NCBI GenBank assembly: GCA_963848815.1 | Contig: CAWKFY010000020.1 | Location: 74,760-138,759 of the forward strand | Source: an uncultured Chloroflexia bacterium | Lineage (GTDB): Bacteria; Chloroflexota; Dehalococcoidia; GIF9; UBA5629 | DNA: 64,000 nucleotides | Direction: 5' to 3' | Shown: positions 1 to 10,283 of the stretch, piece by piece | How positions within the stretch are numbered: position 1 is the stretch's first letter | Layout: every line of letters starts with the position of its first letter | The notes under the pieces: model-generated | Databases searched by the model: none | Told to the model about the DNA's origin: nothing | Seen by the model: only the letters and a program-made list of their open reading frames with translations | Program-made: the position numbers and the translations under genes

Positions 1-32
1 TCTTCTAGTAGCCTGATTGAAGCTCAAAAGTC

Positions 33-221
33 CTACTTGCAGATGTATGACAGAAGCGTCCTAACGGTAACTTTGTTCTTCTCGAAGTAGAACTCGACTA
101 TGTTGCCCCCGCTCGCCACAAAGGCACATATTCTGTAATCATCGGTCGCCCATATCAGCATCCAGTGGTTCTGTTGTGCCCAGGCCAGCACCTCGGTTGC
201 ACTCTGAATTTTATAAGCCAT
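33..221 (-). CDS. small hypothetical protein
   Basis: 62-aa ORF with GGGGAG RBS upstream; no family recognised. Confidence 0.4.
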   Translation of the reverse strand: MAYKIQSATEVLAWAQQNHWMLIWATDDYRICAFVASGGNIVEFYFEKNKVTVRTLLSYICK

Positions 222-362
222 TTCTCTCCCCCGGATCAGTAAACATTAAATACTTATATTCTGTCTAAACTATACCAGAATTGGGATCGGCTCTCTACTC
301 GTTTGAATTAGCCGCCTGCTCATGGCCGACACTGATAAGGGTGATGATCGTCCCGGACTAAA

Positions 363-776
363 TCAGGCGCCCGCTGTTGGCGGGCCGTCTTTATGCCGCA
401 TAACCTCTTTTACCTTTCGTATCAGTTCCGAAGGCAAAACAGGCTTGGAAATAAAGTTCTTTTCGCCATTTCTTAAGAACTCCTGGATAGCCGGGCTGCG
501 CGTGTCTCCTGTGGTAAGTATCACCCTCTCCAGCATTTCCGGGTGGTCCTGTTCAAGGTAATGATAGAAGTCTATGCCGTTCATGCCCGGCATCTTGATA
601 TCTGACAGGCAGACTTGATAGTCGGTCTCATTGACTTTTTCCACGGCAACCATGCCGTTGGGAGCGAAGTCAACATCGAAACCCTCGCCCGACAGCACTT
701 CGATGAACAGCCTTCCGATGATGAGCTCATCTTCGATTACAAGCGCTTTTCCCTGGTAAACACCGCTCTTGTTCAT
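363..776 (-). CDS. single-domain response regulator (receiver)
   Basis: LVIEDE...SDIKMPGMNG...LTTG...FISKP receiver motifs. Confidence 0.9.
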   Translation of the reverse strand: MNKSGVYQGKALVIEDELIIGRLFIEVLSGEGFDVDFAPNGMVAVEKVNETDYQVCLSDIKMPGMNGIDFYHYLEQDHPEMLERVILTTGDTRSPAIQEFLRNGEKNFISKPVLPSELIRKVKEVMRHKDGPPTAGA

Positions 777-1197
777 AAGATTTCCAGCATATGCACCTTA
801 CTATAGAAGAACGATTTCATCGGCACAACCGCCTGAGCATGCCAATAAATTGAGCCAAAAGGTTAAGAAAGCTGGAAGCCGGCCCCTGAGAGGAAGTTTT
901 ACCCGGCCTCTCTATCGCGACTATAATTATAGGCTGGAATCAGAATTATAAGGCCGGGATAATAATATGAGATGGTTTGGATGCGCTTTGACTATACTGG
1001 GAATTATACTGGTGTTCTTTATACTCACCCATATCTCCGAGATATGGCAATTCCTTGAAAAGCTGTTGCAGAAAGGCTAGCTGCTCTTTGGCTGACCAGA
1101 TACATAATATTCCCTTAATAATTGGCTCCTATACTCATACCAACTGAGAAGAAAATTATATCTCAGCAATATCCACAAAACAGGAGGTTATTTCTAG

Positions 1198-1914
1198 ATG
1201 TGGAAAAAGGTTTTATGGCTGATTGCCGGGATACTTGCTATAGTAATGATAGCGTCCGGCGTCATGACCGCTGTCACTGCAGATGACGCTCAATCAGGCG
1301 GCACTCCATCCGGAGGAACGGGTGGTGGACACGGCGGTCCCGGCGGATTCGGGGCTATGATCAATGATAACCTGACCGCCAAGGTAGCAACGATACTGGG
1401 TATCGACAAGTCCAAACTGACCGACGCCTTTAAACAGGCTGAAACAGAACTCAGCACGGATAGGATGAACGCAATGTTCGCCTCATGGGTAGCCGACGGC
1501 AAGCTGACCCAGGCTCAGGCCGATGCCTACAAAGCCTGGCTGGCCGCCAAACCGGCTGATGTGCCCTTGTTCTTCGGCTCAGACAATACCACCCGCGATA
1601 CCGATATGCTCAACAGGCTGCTCAAAGACGGCAAGCTGACCCAGGCGCAGGTCGACAGCGCAACTGCCTGGCTGGCTGCCAAGCCCGCCGTCAGCCTGCC
1701 CCAGCCTGAAAAGCCGGCCAATGCTACAGCCAATGCCTCTAAGAGCAAGACCGACTGGAGCACGACTATGCTTGACCAGTTGCTCAAGGACGGCAAGATA
1801 ACACAGTCCACTTATGATGCTTACAAGGCCTGGTTCGCACAGAAGCCCAGCGTCGAGCTGCCGGCTCCCGATGGACCGGAGGGTGAGCCCCCCTCACCCC
1901 CAGCAGCCCAGTAA
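1198..1914 (+). CDS. secreted/membrane-anchored protein with three internal DGKLTQ...AWLAAKP repeats
   Basis: N-terminal signal/TM segment, AGGAGG RBS, repeated motif. Confidence 0.75.
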   Translation: MWKKVLWLIAGILAIVMIASGVMTAVTADDAQSGGTPSGGTGGGHGGPGGFGAMINDNLTAKVATILGIDKSKLTDAFKQAETELSTDRMNAMFASWVADGKLTQAQADAYKAWLAAKPADVPLFFGSDNTTRDTDMLNRLLKDGKLTQAQVDSATAWLAAKPAVSLPQPEKPANATANASKSKTDWSTTMLDQLLKDGKITQSTYDAYKAWFAQKPSVELPAPDGPEGEPPSPPAAQ

Positions 1915-1931
1915 TCAGTAAGTAGACAACT

Positions 1932-1965
1932 AAAAAAACCGGCGGCTTTAAAACCGCCGGTTTTT
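1932..1965. terminator. bidirectional rho-independent terminator
   Basis: AAAAAAACCGGCGG-loop-CCGCCGGTTTTT between convergent genes. Confidence 0.8.
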
Positions 1966-1994
1966 ATTTGAGCTAAATTATATCAAGCTGTTGT

Positions 1995-2741
1995 TTACTG
2001 GGACGTCACCTGGCCCGGGTCGGTTAAATAGATGGCCGGAGCCGAGAGATAGCCCGTAAGCATGCCATGAATGAATACGTGCCTCCCCACGTACAGAGTC
2101 GGCGCCCCGGTCGAAGGGTCGACAAAACCGGCTATATTTTCCGGCCTGATGATGGCACGGAAATAAGCGGTATAGTCCCGCCAGCATTCCAGGCAAGGAT
2201 AGCCCAGGTCCAAGGTGGCGCTCGCCCCTTCCCACGGGTTACTCACGAAGAAAATGAAGGTCCAGGGAAACATTGGGCCTTGCTCCAGGTAGCGTGAGGG
2301 CAGCCAGCTTGAGATATAGGTTATATCGCCTTCCACCACCACATCCATGCCTATATTCTTCAAAAGCGTGCCGGTATCCAGGGCCGGTATGGTGGGGACC
2401 TTGACCGGAGCAACCATGGTTATTACGCGTGGGCTGACTGTCAAAGTCAGCGTCCTCTGCACCGAAGTTCCGCCATTTTTAGCCGTGAGAGTATAGGTGG
2501 TTGGTTGCAAAGGGCCGACGCTCAACGTCCCGTTGGCCGGTACGGCCCCGATGCCGTTATCGATAGTAATTTTGGAGGCGCCCGAAACGTCCCAGCGCAG
2601 CGTAGCATTGTCACCCCGGATTACAGGGTCGGGCGTAACCTGGAAATCATTTACGTAAATGGGCGCCGGAGCGCAGTACGCAAATAAGGCCGGAAATATT
2701 AAGACTACAGCGAGAGTAACAATATAAAGTGCGCGCATCAC
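1995..2741 (-). CDS. exported protein with Ig/PKD-like beta domain
   Basis: signal peptide; ATLRWDVSGA...TTYTLTAKN Ig-like pattern. Confidence 0.65.
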   Translation of the reverse strand: MMRALYIVTLAVVLIFPALFAYCAPAPIYVNDFQVTPDPVIRGDNATLRWDVSGASKITIDNGIGAVPANGTLSVGPLQPTTYTLTAKNGGTSVQRTLTLTVSPRVITMVAPVKVPTIPALDTGTLLKNIGMDVVVEGDITYISSWLPSRYLEQGPMFPWTFIFFVSNPWEGASATLDLGYPCLECWRDYTAYFRAIIRPENIAGFVDPSTGAPTLYVGRHVFIHGMLTGYLSAPAIYLTDPGQVTSQ

Positions 2742-2827
2742 GTCCTCCTATCCCAATTCACTGTGTATCCAATTAATGATAAGTATCCCTTCTTGTCGTG
2801 TATACACATACATGATAAAATTATAGC

Positions 2828-3538
2828 ATGTGGAAAACCACACCTCGAATTAAATGGTGGGACACATTGCTCGCTGTATTGGCGATCTTATTCATTGGAA
2901 TTGGGGGGGGTGCCGTGTTAACCGGTATATCCCCTACAATCAGTACACCAGCTGGTATAATCATAGTGCTCATGGGTATATGGTTGTTAATGCATGAATA
3001 TCTCAAATACAATCCTAAACCCAAGGTAATGAAAGTGGCTACTATAACAATTGGTTGCCTTGTAGCACTTACGGTTCTTATTAGTATAGTTCAGTTCATT
3101 TCCCATAGAGATGCGGATGTTGCCAATTCTTCTCAGTCGAATATCTCTCCAATACAAATAGAAACGAGCACACTGATTGATGATATAAATACATTCATTG
3201 TAGATACCAATACACATGCGCCGCCGCTTCCCCATGATCTACCCCTCCCTGGCTCTATATCAGATAATACAACCCAAGATAAAGAAATAACGCTATGGCT
3301 AGCATATATGAATAGTAAAAGTGCAGAATTTTATACGAAATATAATTCTAGGGTTAATACTCTTGTAAATAAATTGCATAACATGAATGTTATTACCGAT
3401 GAAGAATTTAATGAAATGGGGATATCTCTAAATAATGAACCTACTTTTTATGGAATGGCCCCTCTATTATTGCAGAAATTGCACGAATATAATGAACGAT
3501 TAAATCAATTGCAAAGAACTATCAATGAGGAAAAATAA
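2828..3538 (+). CDS. AT-rich membrane protein of unknown function (IS passenger)
   Basis: 236 aa, three N-terminal TM segments, lies inside the IS ends. Confidence 0.7.
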   Translation: MWKTTPRIKWWDTLLAVLAILFIGIGGGAVLTGISPTISTPAGIIIVLMGIWLLMHEYLKYNPKPKVMKVATITIGCLVALTVLISIVQFISHRDADVANSSQSNISPIQIETSTLIDDINTFIVDTNTHAPPLPHDLPLPGSISDNTTQDKEITLWLAYMNSKSAEFYTKYNSRVNTLVNKLHNMNVITDEEFNEMGISLNNEPTFYGMAPLLLQKLHEYNERLNQLQRTINEEK

Positions 3539-3607
3539 TGCTAAAGCGAAAAATAATCAAGCGTGATATTACTGAGGAGCAATTCCTAGCGTTCCTCAGT
3601 AAGACAA

Positions 3608-4483
3608 TTATATCTGAGCCAGCATCGTTAGAAACATCGGAGCCTGGTCAAGACGATGGTTGTAGCGAAATTGATATTCATTCAGATATGATTGAAGATA
3701 CTTTGGACTAACAGCATGATAAACACCGCTTATGCCACGCTTTACAAGGGACCAAAAACCCTCGATGGTATTCGTGCTGGCATTGCCATTAACGTACTGC
3801 CCGATGGAATGATTGACTTCTTTATGCTTGTAGCCAAGATTATCAATCCCGTTATAGATAGGGTACTCGTCAGTATAGACCATCGCTTTCTTGGTCACGT
3901 TCTTTTGAATGAGCGGCATAACGGTAGATCGTTTGGTATCGGTCACAACTTTGCTGATAACCTTACCCTTGCGCTGCGCGATGCCGATAACGGCTGTCTT
4001 CCCCTCTGCGCCACGCCCACGAGTACCATGTCGAGCACCGCCCACATAAGTCTCATCAACTTCGACTTCATTTTTGAACATGCCAGGATTCTCGTCAAGA
4101 AGGGTGCGGATTTGTGTAAACATGCGCCATGCTGTCTTATAGGTAACGCCTGTCCTGCGCTGAAGTTCTTTGGCAGAGTGCCCGCTTCGGGTAGTAGCCA
4201 TCCAAAATATAGCCTCAAACCAAACCTTGAGTGGGGTAGACGACTTGCGGAAGATTGTCTTAGCAAGTGGGCTGACCTGATGTCCGCAGTAATCGCATTC
4301 GTAAACCGGCCTCTTGGCAAATTTGTGGTGCTTCGTAACCTTCTTGCAAACTGGGCACTCAATACCATCTGGATACTGTTTGTCCAGAAGCCATTTGAGG
4401 CAAGCATCGTTATCAGGGAACAGCTTGTCAAAATGTTTCGCTGTATATTTGGCCTGTTTCGCTTTCATTTTCTTATCCCTCAA
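3608..4483 (-). CDS. IS1595-family DDE transposase
   Basis: CxxC...CxxC zinc ribbon, HTH, EVDETY / VYTDE / NTIEGFWS / YLNEYQFRYN motifs. Confidence 0.95.
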   Translation of the reverse strand: MRDKKMKAKQAKYTAKHFDKLFPDNDACLKWLLDKQYPDGIECPVCKKVTKHHKFAKRPVYECDYCGHQVSPLAKTIFRKSSTPLKVWFEAIFWMATTRSGHSAKELQRRTGVTYKTAWRMFTQIRTLLDENPGMFKNEVEVDETYVGGARHGTRGRGAEGKTAVIGIAQRKGKVISKVVTDTKRSTVMPLIQKNVTKKAMVYTDEYPIYNGIDNLGYKHKEVNHSIGQYVNGNASTNTIEGFWSLVKRGISGVYHAVSPKYLQSYLNEYQFRYNHRLDQAPMFLTMLAQI

Positions 4484-4542
4484 CTTGAATCTAGTATAAC
4501 AAAAAGGCTACACGATGTCAAGGGATAGTTACCCAATTAATT

Positions 4543-5700
4543 TTATTTTCTTGACCGGTGACCATTCAATTCAAGGGGATATTGGGCCGTGAATTTTGTG
4601 CCCCCGGCGCGTGAAGAATTAAATGATACCTTGCCACACAGGTAACGTTCGCTCAACAATCTCATACTGTATGTGCCCAGTCCCCTGTTTTTACCTTTAG
4701 TTGAGAACGACCATTTGAAGATCTGTGATTGCACCTTCGGGGGAATGTAGCCCGGGTTGTGGACCCAGAATTGCACTTTATCTACACAGCGGCTACACCC
4801 GATCGTAATGGTCCCTCCTTTGGCCGTGGCTTCAAGCGCATTAGCAACCATGTTGCTCAACACACGCCTTATCAGTGAGGCATCGCTCATAAACTCCAGC
4901 CTGGCGGCATCAGGATCTATGACGATATTTTTTTCTTCACCGACGCTGTGCTTCTGATAAAGTTCTCTGACCTGCTGAATCATTGTTAGAGAATCTATGG
5001 CGCCGGGTGTGACGGACAAGCGATCGCTCTCAGCCGCTACAATTTGCTGCTGGGCATTAACCTCCTCGATGATCTCGGTGCTTAGCTGATTAAGCATCCG
5101 GCAGACCTCAGCCGATCTGGAGTCGGCTACATCCGTTAGAACGTCTACCCACCCGTAAAGCGCTGTTAAGAGATTTTTAATATCATGGAAGAAAATATGT
5201 TCCAGGATATGCATGCGTCTCTCTTGTGTAACGTCCTTGAGAATAAAGATAGAGAAAGCATCGGCGCCGATTGTGAAAGGATACGTATATACCTTAAAGA
5301 GGAAGGGCTCACCCGTCTTATCCTTGGTTATGCGGCATTCAGAGGTAGCCTCAACTCCTTGCAGACTGGATAGAATGGCGTTGACCGCACCGCAATACCT
5401 GCAGAAAGAAGTGGTGCCGCAGCCGCACCGGCTGGTCACGGCATGTTCACAGCACAGGGCTTCGCCCGGTCGAAGGCCATATGGTTCCTTAAATCCGTTC
5501 GTTTCGACTACTTTAACGGCTGCGCTATTGGCAAAAACTATTTGCCTGCAGCCGTTAAGGGCGATAACCGGATCAGGAATTAAATCGGCAAATTGTTTAA
5601 ACTGGGGTAGACCGTCAAACAGTTTCTTCTGGCGGCGCAGGCTATTTTCCCCGGCTCTTTCAGCCGGAGCATATTCAGTGGCAAGCAGCCCTTTTCCCAA
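4543..5700 (-). CDS. sensor histidine kinase with Cys-rich PAS-like domain
   Basis: FFHDIKN H-box, NMVANALEA N-box, FSTKGKNRGLG G-box. Confidence 0.9.
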   Translation of the reverse strand: MGKGLLATEYAPAERAGENSLRRQKKLFDGLPQFKQFADLIPDPVIALNGCRQIVFANSAAVKVVETNGFKEPYGLRPGEALCCEHAVTSRCGCGTTSFCRYCGAVNAILSSLQGVEATSECRITKDKTGEPFLFKVYTYPFTIGADAFSIFILKDVTQERRMHILEHIFFHDIKNLLTALYGWVDVLTDVADSRSAEVCRMLNQLSTEIIEEVNAQQQIVAAESDRLSVTPGAIDSLTMIQQVRELYQKHSVGEEKNIVIDPDAARLEFMSDASLIRRVLSNMVANALEATAKGGTITIGCSRCVDKVQFWVHNPGYIPPKVQSQIFKWSFSTKGKNRGLGTYSMRLLSERYLCGKVSFNSSRAGGTKFTAQYPLELNGHRSRK

Positions 5701-5879
5701 ATCAATTCTCCTACTCCACCGATGGTGGAAATCTGCCCGCTGTCAAGAAAATATTCTATATCTAATATTCCTGTAAGTCCAAACGCGGACGATATCATGA
5801 CCAGTGCCGGAACAAATGCAGTAAATTTTGATATGATAGGTGGCGGCCTGTGAAGCAGGACGGGCAATCAGGTAATTAA

Positions 5880-6707
5880 ATGACAACCGCCAATAACTTT
5901 GATAGCTCCGGATTGAAGGGCATCATCCTCTACTATTCGGGTTCCGGCAACACCAGGCTGGCCTGCCAGTACATCCAGAGCAAGGTCAAAAGCGTTAAGC
6001 TCGAGCTTTTCAACATCGCCAGGAGCGGCGTGCCGGAACTGGACGAGTATGCTTTCGTAGGATTTGCTACCTTCACCGATTTCTGGGGGCCGCCCTATCT
6101 CATGCAGGCCTTCATCGAAAAATTGGGAACGCAATACAATAAGCCCGCCTTCGTCTTCAACACTTACGGCGCTGTTAGGGGCAAAACACTGCCGATGCTG
6201 GGCAAACTGGCCACCGCCGCAGGCTTCAAGGTTGTGGCCGGACACACCCTCCATACGCCTGAGAGCTATCCACCCATGGTGGCCAGCGGCTGGGGTAACG
6301 AAGGCCATCCCAACGAGAAGGAATTGAAGGCTTTTAAGGACTTTGTTTCCAGCCTGGATCGGACGCTTGGCCTGATAAAAGACGGCAACGAGATTAAGGC
6401 GGCCAGGCTGAACGCAGGGATTCTCAACAGCCTGCTTTTCGCCTTCCCACGCACGCAGTCCCGCAAGGATATGGGGATGAAATATGTGGATGATTCGTGC
6501 GACGAATGCGGCATCTGCCAGAAGATTTGCCCGTACGGGGCGGTCAATCTGGACCCCAGGCCTGTCTTCGATATGGATAAATGCTACGGGTGCTGGAGTT
6601 GCTATAACCACTGCCCTAAAAAGGCCATCTACACTAAGAAATACCGGGGCGTGGGGCACTATCCCAAACCCAGCGACCTGCTGAGGGAAAAGCTGAAGAC
6701 CTGGTAA
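5880..6707 (+). CDS. flavodoxin-ferredoxin fusion (EFR1 family)
   Basis: YYSGSGNT flavodoxin motif and two CxxCxxCxxxCP clusters. Confidence 0.9.
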   Translation: MTTANNFDSSGLKGIILYYSGSGNTRLACQYIQSKVKSVKLELFNIARSGVPELDEYAFVGFATFTDFWGPPYLMQAFIEKLGTQYNKPAFVFNTYGAVRGKTLPMLGKLATAAGFKVVAGHTLHTPESYPPMVASGWGNEGHPNEKELKAFKDFVSSLDRTLGLIKDGNEIKAARLNAGILNSLLFAFPRTQSRKDMGMKYVDDSCDECGICQKICPYGAVNLDPRPVFDMDKCYGCWSCYNHCPKKAIYTKKYRGVGHYPKPSDLLREKLKTW

Positions 6708-6795
6708 AGGCTCTGGTCGCGTCGGGGCCGGATGGATATCGCATACCTGAAAAGGCATGTTATACTGTGCCTGACCACATTTTAAGGAGGCTGTT

Positions 6796-8493
6796 ATGAG
6801 CGGCAGTGAACAATATGACCTGAAATCTGTGAAGTTACCCAGGCTGGCGGGCCGACAGCTATCCATGATTGCAGATGCGCTGGAAAGCGGACTGTTGAGG
6901 TCTGTCATCATGCCATCCATGTTGAAGACCGGCGGGATTCAAGCTTTCCGGTCACTGGCGCCGGAAGAGCCTCCCACCGTGTTCCCTATAGCCTTTGTCG
7001 AGAAACCGGCCAAACCCGTTGATGGGCCGGATTTGGATATGCTGAATAAGATCGAGGGCGGCGGAACGGGCATACCCTACAGGACGGCCCGGGGCTATGC
7101 GCAGGTCTACCGTGAAGGAAAGGCCACCCCCGAAGATGTAGCCAAAAGTGCACTGGAGGCCATCAAAAAGTCCGATAGCGGCGAACTGAAATTGCGGCCT
7201 TTCATTGCCGTTAATGAGGAAGATGTCATAGAGGCAGGCCCGGGCCTCGGCCGAGCGCTGGAAGGCAGGCAAGCCTCTGAGCGTGCTGGATGGCGTGCCC
7301 GTAGCAGTAAAGGACGAGGTGGACATGCTGCCATATCCCAACGACTCGTCGGCACATGCTTTATTGGGAAAGAGCGCCAGCCAGACAGGACTGCACGGCG
7401 GTGGCCCGGCTGCGCGCTGCAGGCGCGCTTATTGCTGGGCAAGGCCAACATGCATGAGATCGGCATCAATCCGGACGGGCTCAATGTAAATTACGGTTCC
7501 ACACGCAACCCTTTCAATCCGAAGCATGATACGGGCGGCAGCTCCAGCGGCTCTGCCGACTGCCGTAGCAGCGGGCATCTGCCCGTCGCCGTGGGCGCCG
7601 ATGGCGGCGGCTCCATACGCATTCCCGCTGCGCTCTGCGGCGTGGTCGGCCTCAAACCCACATTCGGCCGGGTGAGCGAATTCGGCGCTTTTCCGCTGTG
7701 CTGGAGCGTGGCACACCTGGGTCCGATGGCGGCCACGCGTAGAGGATGCGGCCATCGCTTATGCCTGCTATGGCGGGTCCGGACATCAAGGAACCCAACT
7801 CACTGCACCAGCCTGCCGTGACGCTTGAAGGCTGGAACAGGGCTGACCTCAAAGGGGTCAGGCTGGGTAGTCTACAGGCCCTGGTTTGAGCATGCAACGC
7901 CCGAGATAGTCCAGGCCTGCAACGCGCTGCTCGGAGAAGCTGGCCGCGGCGGGGCGCAGGTAAAAGAAATTGTGATGCCGTGAGATGGACACCATGCGCA
8001 TTGCGCACATGATGATCGCATCCTGGGCGAGATGGCTGCTTCCATGAACAACTACCCTGCCAACAGGCACGATTTCGGCGCGGAGGTGCGCCTCAGCCTG
8101 AGCCTCGGGCGGGAGTTCACTGCCGACGATTATCTGAAGGCCCAGAGGGTGCGCACGCGTGTTATGAAATCGTTCAGGGAGATTTATAGCGAGGTGGATG
8201 CCATCATCACGCCGGCAACGGGTATCACCGCTCCCGAAGTTTCGATTGCGGACGCTGCCGGCGGCTGGTCGGACCTCTCCAGCACTACGGAAGTCATGCG
8301 TTACGCCTTCCCCGGCAACCTGGCAGGCCTGCCCGCCATCAGCTTCCCGGCCGGCTATGCCGGCAACGGGCTGCCCATCGGCATGCAGGCCATGGGCCGC
8401 TGGTGGGAGGAAAACCTGCTCTTCCGCATCGCCTTCAACGCCGAAAAGCTGGTCGAGCGCAGGAAGCCGCAGGTGTTTTTCGAGCTAGTGTAA
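6796..8493 (+). CDS. amidase-signature family hydrolase (frameshifted)
   Basis: LDGVPVAVKD, GGSSSGS, DGGGSIRIPA motifs spread over several frames. Confidence 0.85.
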
Positions 8494-8782
8494 ATTAGGT
8501 ATCCTCTAAATTCAAATAAAAATATTGGAGGCTGATTATGCCTAGAAAAGATCGAAGCGACATAACTGTTGGGAGCATAGAAAAGAAACATGGGTTACCC
8601 AAAGGGATCATTAGAAATCCGGGTGGGCGGAAAACAAGAAAGGATAAACAGCTAAAAACAATTAAAAAGCAATTAAAAAAATAGCTCGCATAATGCTGAC
8701 AGCTAAATCAAAACTCGGAATCATCAATTCATATACGTTGCATTAATTATATTCTTAAAATATTCCTCTTTTTGTAGCGGAG

Positions 8783-9268
8783 GTGGAGATGCAGCAAACA
8801 TTCATATGCCAGCGCTGTGGCTACAATAATTACACAGGACAACAATTTTGCACCGGTTGTGGCGAAAAAATTCAATATAATTGTCCAAATTGTGCTGCGG
8901 TAATAGATCCAACATGCTCTAACTGCCCCAATTGTCATAATAAGTTAAACTGGCCAAACCAAGAGCAACTGATACCTTGGTCTCAAAAAGATGTATATTC
9001 GGAAAATCATGAAGACTTGGCACAAATAAATACAGAATATAAAAGAAAAGAGAAAAGTAAAACCACAGCTTTCTTGCTAACGATATTTTTAGGTCCATTA
9101 GGTATTCATCATTTTTATATAAATCGACCAGGCATAGGAATTCTATATATAGTAATCTTTGTGATTTTGATCGCCTTCCGTCTGCCTTATCTTATATATA
9201 TCTTGATAATAATAGACCTATTTCTGACATCAAAAAGAGTAAATACGTACAATGAGTATCCTCGCTAA
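8783..9268 (+). CDS. double zinc-ribbon + TM2 domain protein
   Basis: four CxxC; KSKTTAFLLTIFLGPLGIHHFY TM2 motif. Confidence 0.8.
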   Translation: MEMQQTFICQRCGYNNYTGQQFCTGCGEKIQYNCPNCAAVIDPTCSNCPNCHNKLNWPNQEQLIPWSQKDVYSENHEDLAQINTEYKRKEKSKTTAFLLTIFLGPLGIHHFYINRPGIGILYIVIFVILIAFRLPYLIYILIIIDLFLTSKRVNTYNEYPR

Positions 9269-9794
9269 GAGCTCCATTCAAGACTTTGAAAAGCGGAAAA
9301 AAATAGCTGAGGAAGCTAAAACTAAAGTGGAGGCAAAGACTAAGTTACTAGAAGCGATTCAACAAGGGAATTTACCTCAGATTCAAGCCAACATTTTGAT
9401 GCAAAAAGGCGAAGTAGCCCATTTGGAATGTTCTTGCAGGTTATTGGAGGAAGTATCTCATAGAGAATATGTCGGTGGCTCCTCTGGGTTCAGTTTTCGT
9501 ATTACAAAAGGCGTTTACTATCGGGTCGGCAGTTATAGTGGACATCCTGTAACAACGACTGAAATGGCGAAAGTTGATGAGGGAAACTTAGTTATTACAA
9601 ATCAAAGAATTGTCTTCACTGGTAAAAGAAAATCATTAGTCATACCCTATAAAAAGCTAATCGGTTTCAATCTTTATTCCGACGCTATTCAATTCAATGT
9701 TGATAATAAGGTTAAACCTCAATATTTTGCTGTCGATGACCCAGATATAATAGCTTCCGTCTCAAATATGGCAGCTCAAAAGAGTATGGCCTAA
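9252..9794 (+). CDS. hypothetical protein, PH-like fold likely
   Basis: GNLVITNQRIVF pattern typical of bacterial PH-like domains. Confidence 0.6.
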   Translation: MSILAKSSIQDFEKRKKIAEEAKTKVEAKTKLLEAIQQGNLPQIQANILMQKGEVAHLECSCRLLEEVSHREYVGGSSGFSFRITKGVYYRVGSYSGHPVTTTEMAKVDEGNLVITNQRIVFTGKRKSLVIPYKKLIGFNLYSDAIQFNVDNKVKPQYFAVDDPDIIASVSNMAAQKSMA

Positions 9795-9799
9795 ATTAG

Positions 9800-10243
9800 T
9801 TGGCTAATACATACCGTTTTATAGATATGGCAAGATTATTAGAATATATACGCAATTTTTGGAATAACCTACCGAGTAAATGGAGAAATAGACTTGTTTC
9901 ATGGGTTCTTTCTTTCATCTTCAGTGTATTGATTACAGCTATTTGGGGATCGAGCGTACTTTTACAACTTTATGTTTTGATATTTGCATTTGCTCTATTT
10001 TTATCCTGGCTAAAATTATCAAATTGGGCAATTGAACAGTTCTGGACGCACATAAGAGGTATAACAATATCTACGATGTTACCCGTTATATTTACATCAG
10101 TTCAAGAGATGATCACTCATTTTTCATTCGATAGTGTGGTTAATTTAGTTTTTAGCATAGTTATAATAATTATTATCTGGAAATGGTTTGATGAGATTAT
10201 TAAAAAATTTGTTACGCGTAAAAATAAACGCGGGCAAAATTAA
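9800..10243 (+). CDS. AT-rich multi-pass membrane protein
   Basis: about four hydrophobic segments; start may be the internal Met. Confidence 0.55.
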   Translation: MANTYRFIDMARLLEYIRNFWNNLPSKWRNRLVSWVLSFIFSVLITAIWGSSVLLQLYVLIFAFALFLSWLKLSNWAIEQFWTHIRGITISTMLPVIFTSVQEMITHFSFDSVVNLVFSIVIIIIIWKWFDEIIKKFVTRKNKRGQN

Positions 10244-10283
10244 AACCTATCCTTTCTCAGTTGATTGGAGTGTTGATCATGCT

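Larger units (their letters stand above)
2778..4533 (-). mobile_element. IS1595-family element carrying a passenger gene
   Basis: imperfect terminal IRs GATAAGTATCCCTT / GGTAACTATCCCTT (12/14); 8-bp direct repeat CAATTAAT at 2770-2777 and 4534-4541. Confidence 0.85.

Noticed and set aside
5868-6920. Long antisense ORFs (also 3692-4528, 44161-45018, 49478-50605, 60907-61740)
   Set aside because: They are shadows of well-supported genes on the opposite strand and have no recognisable motifs.
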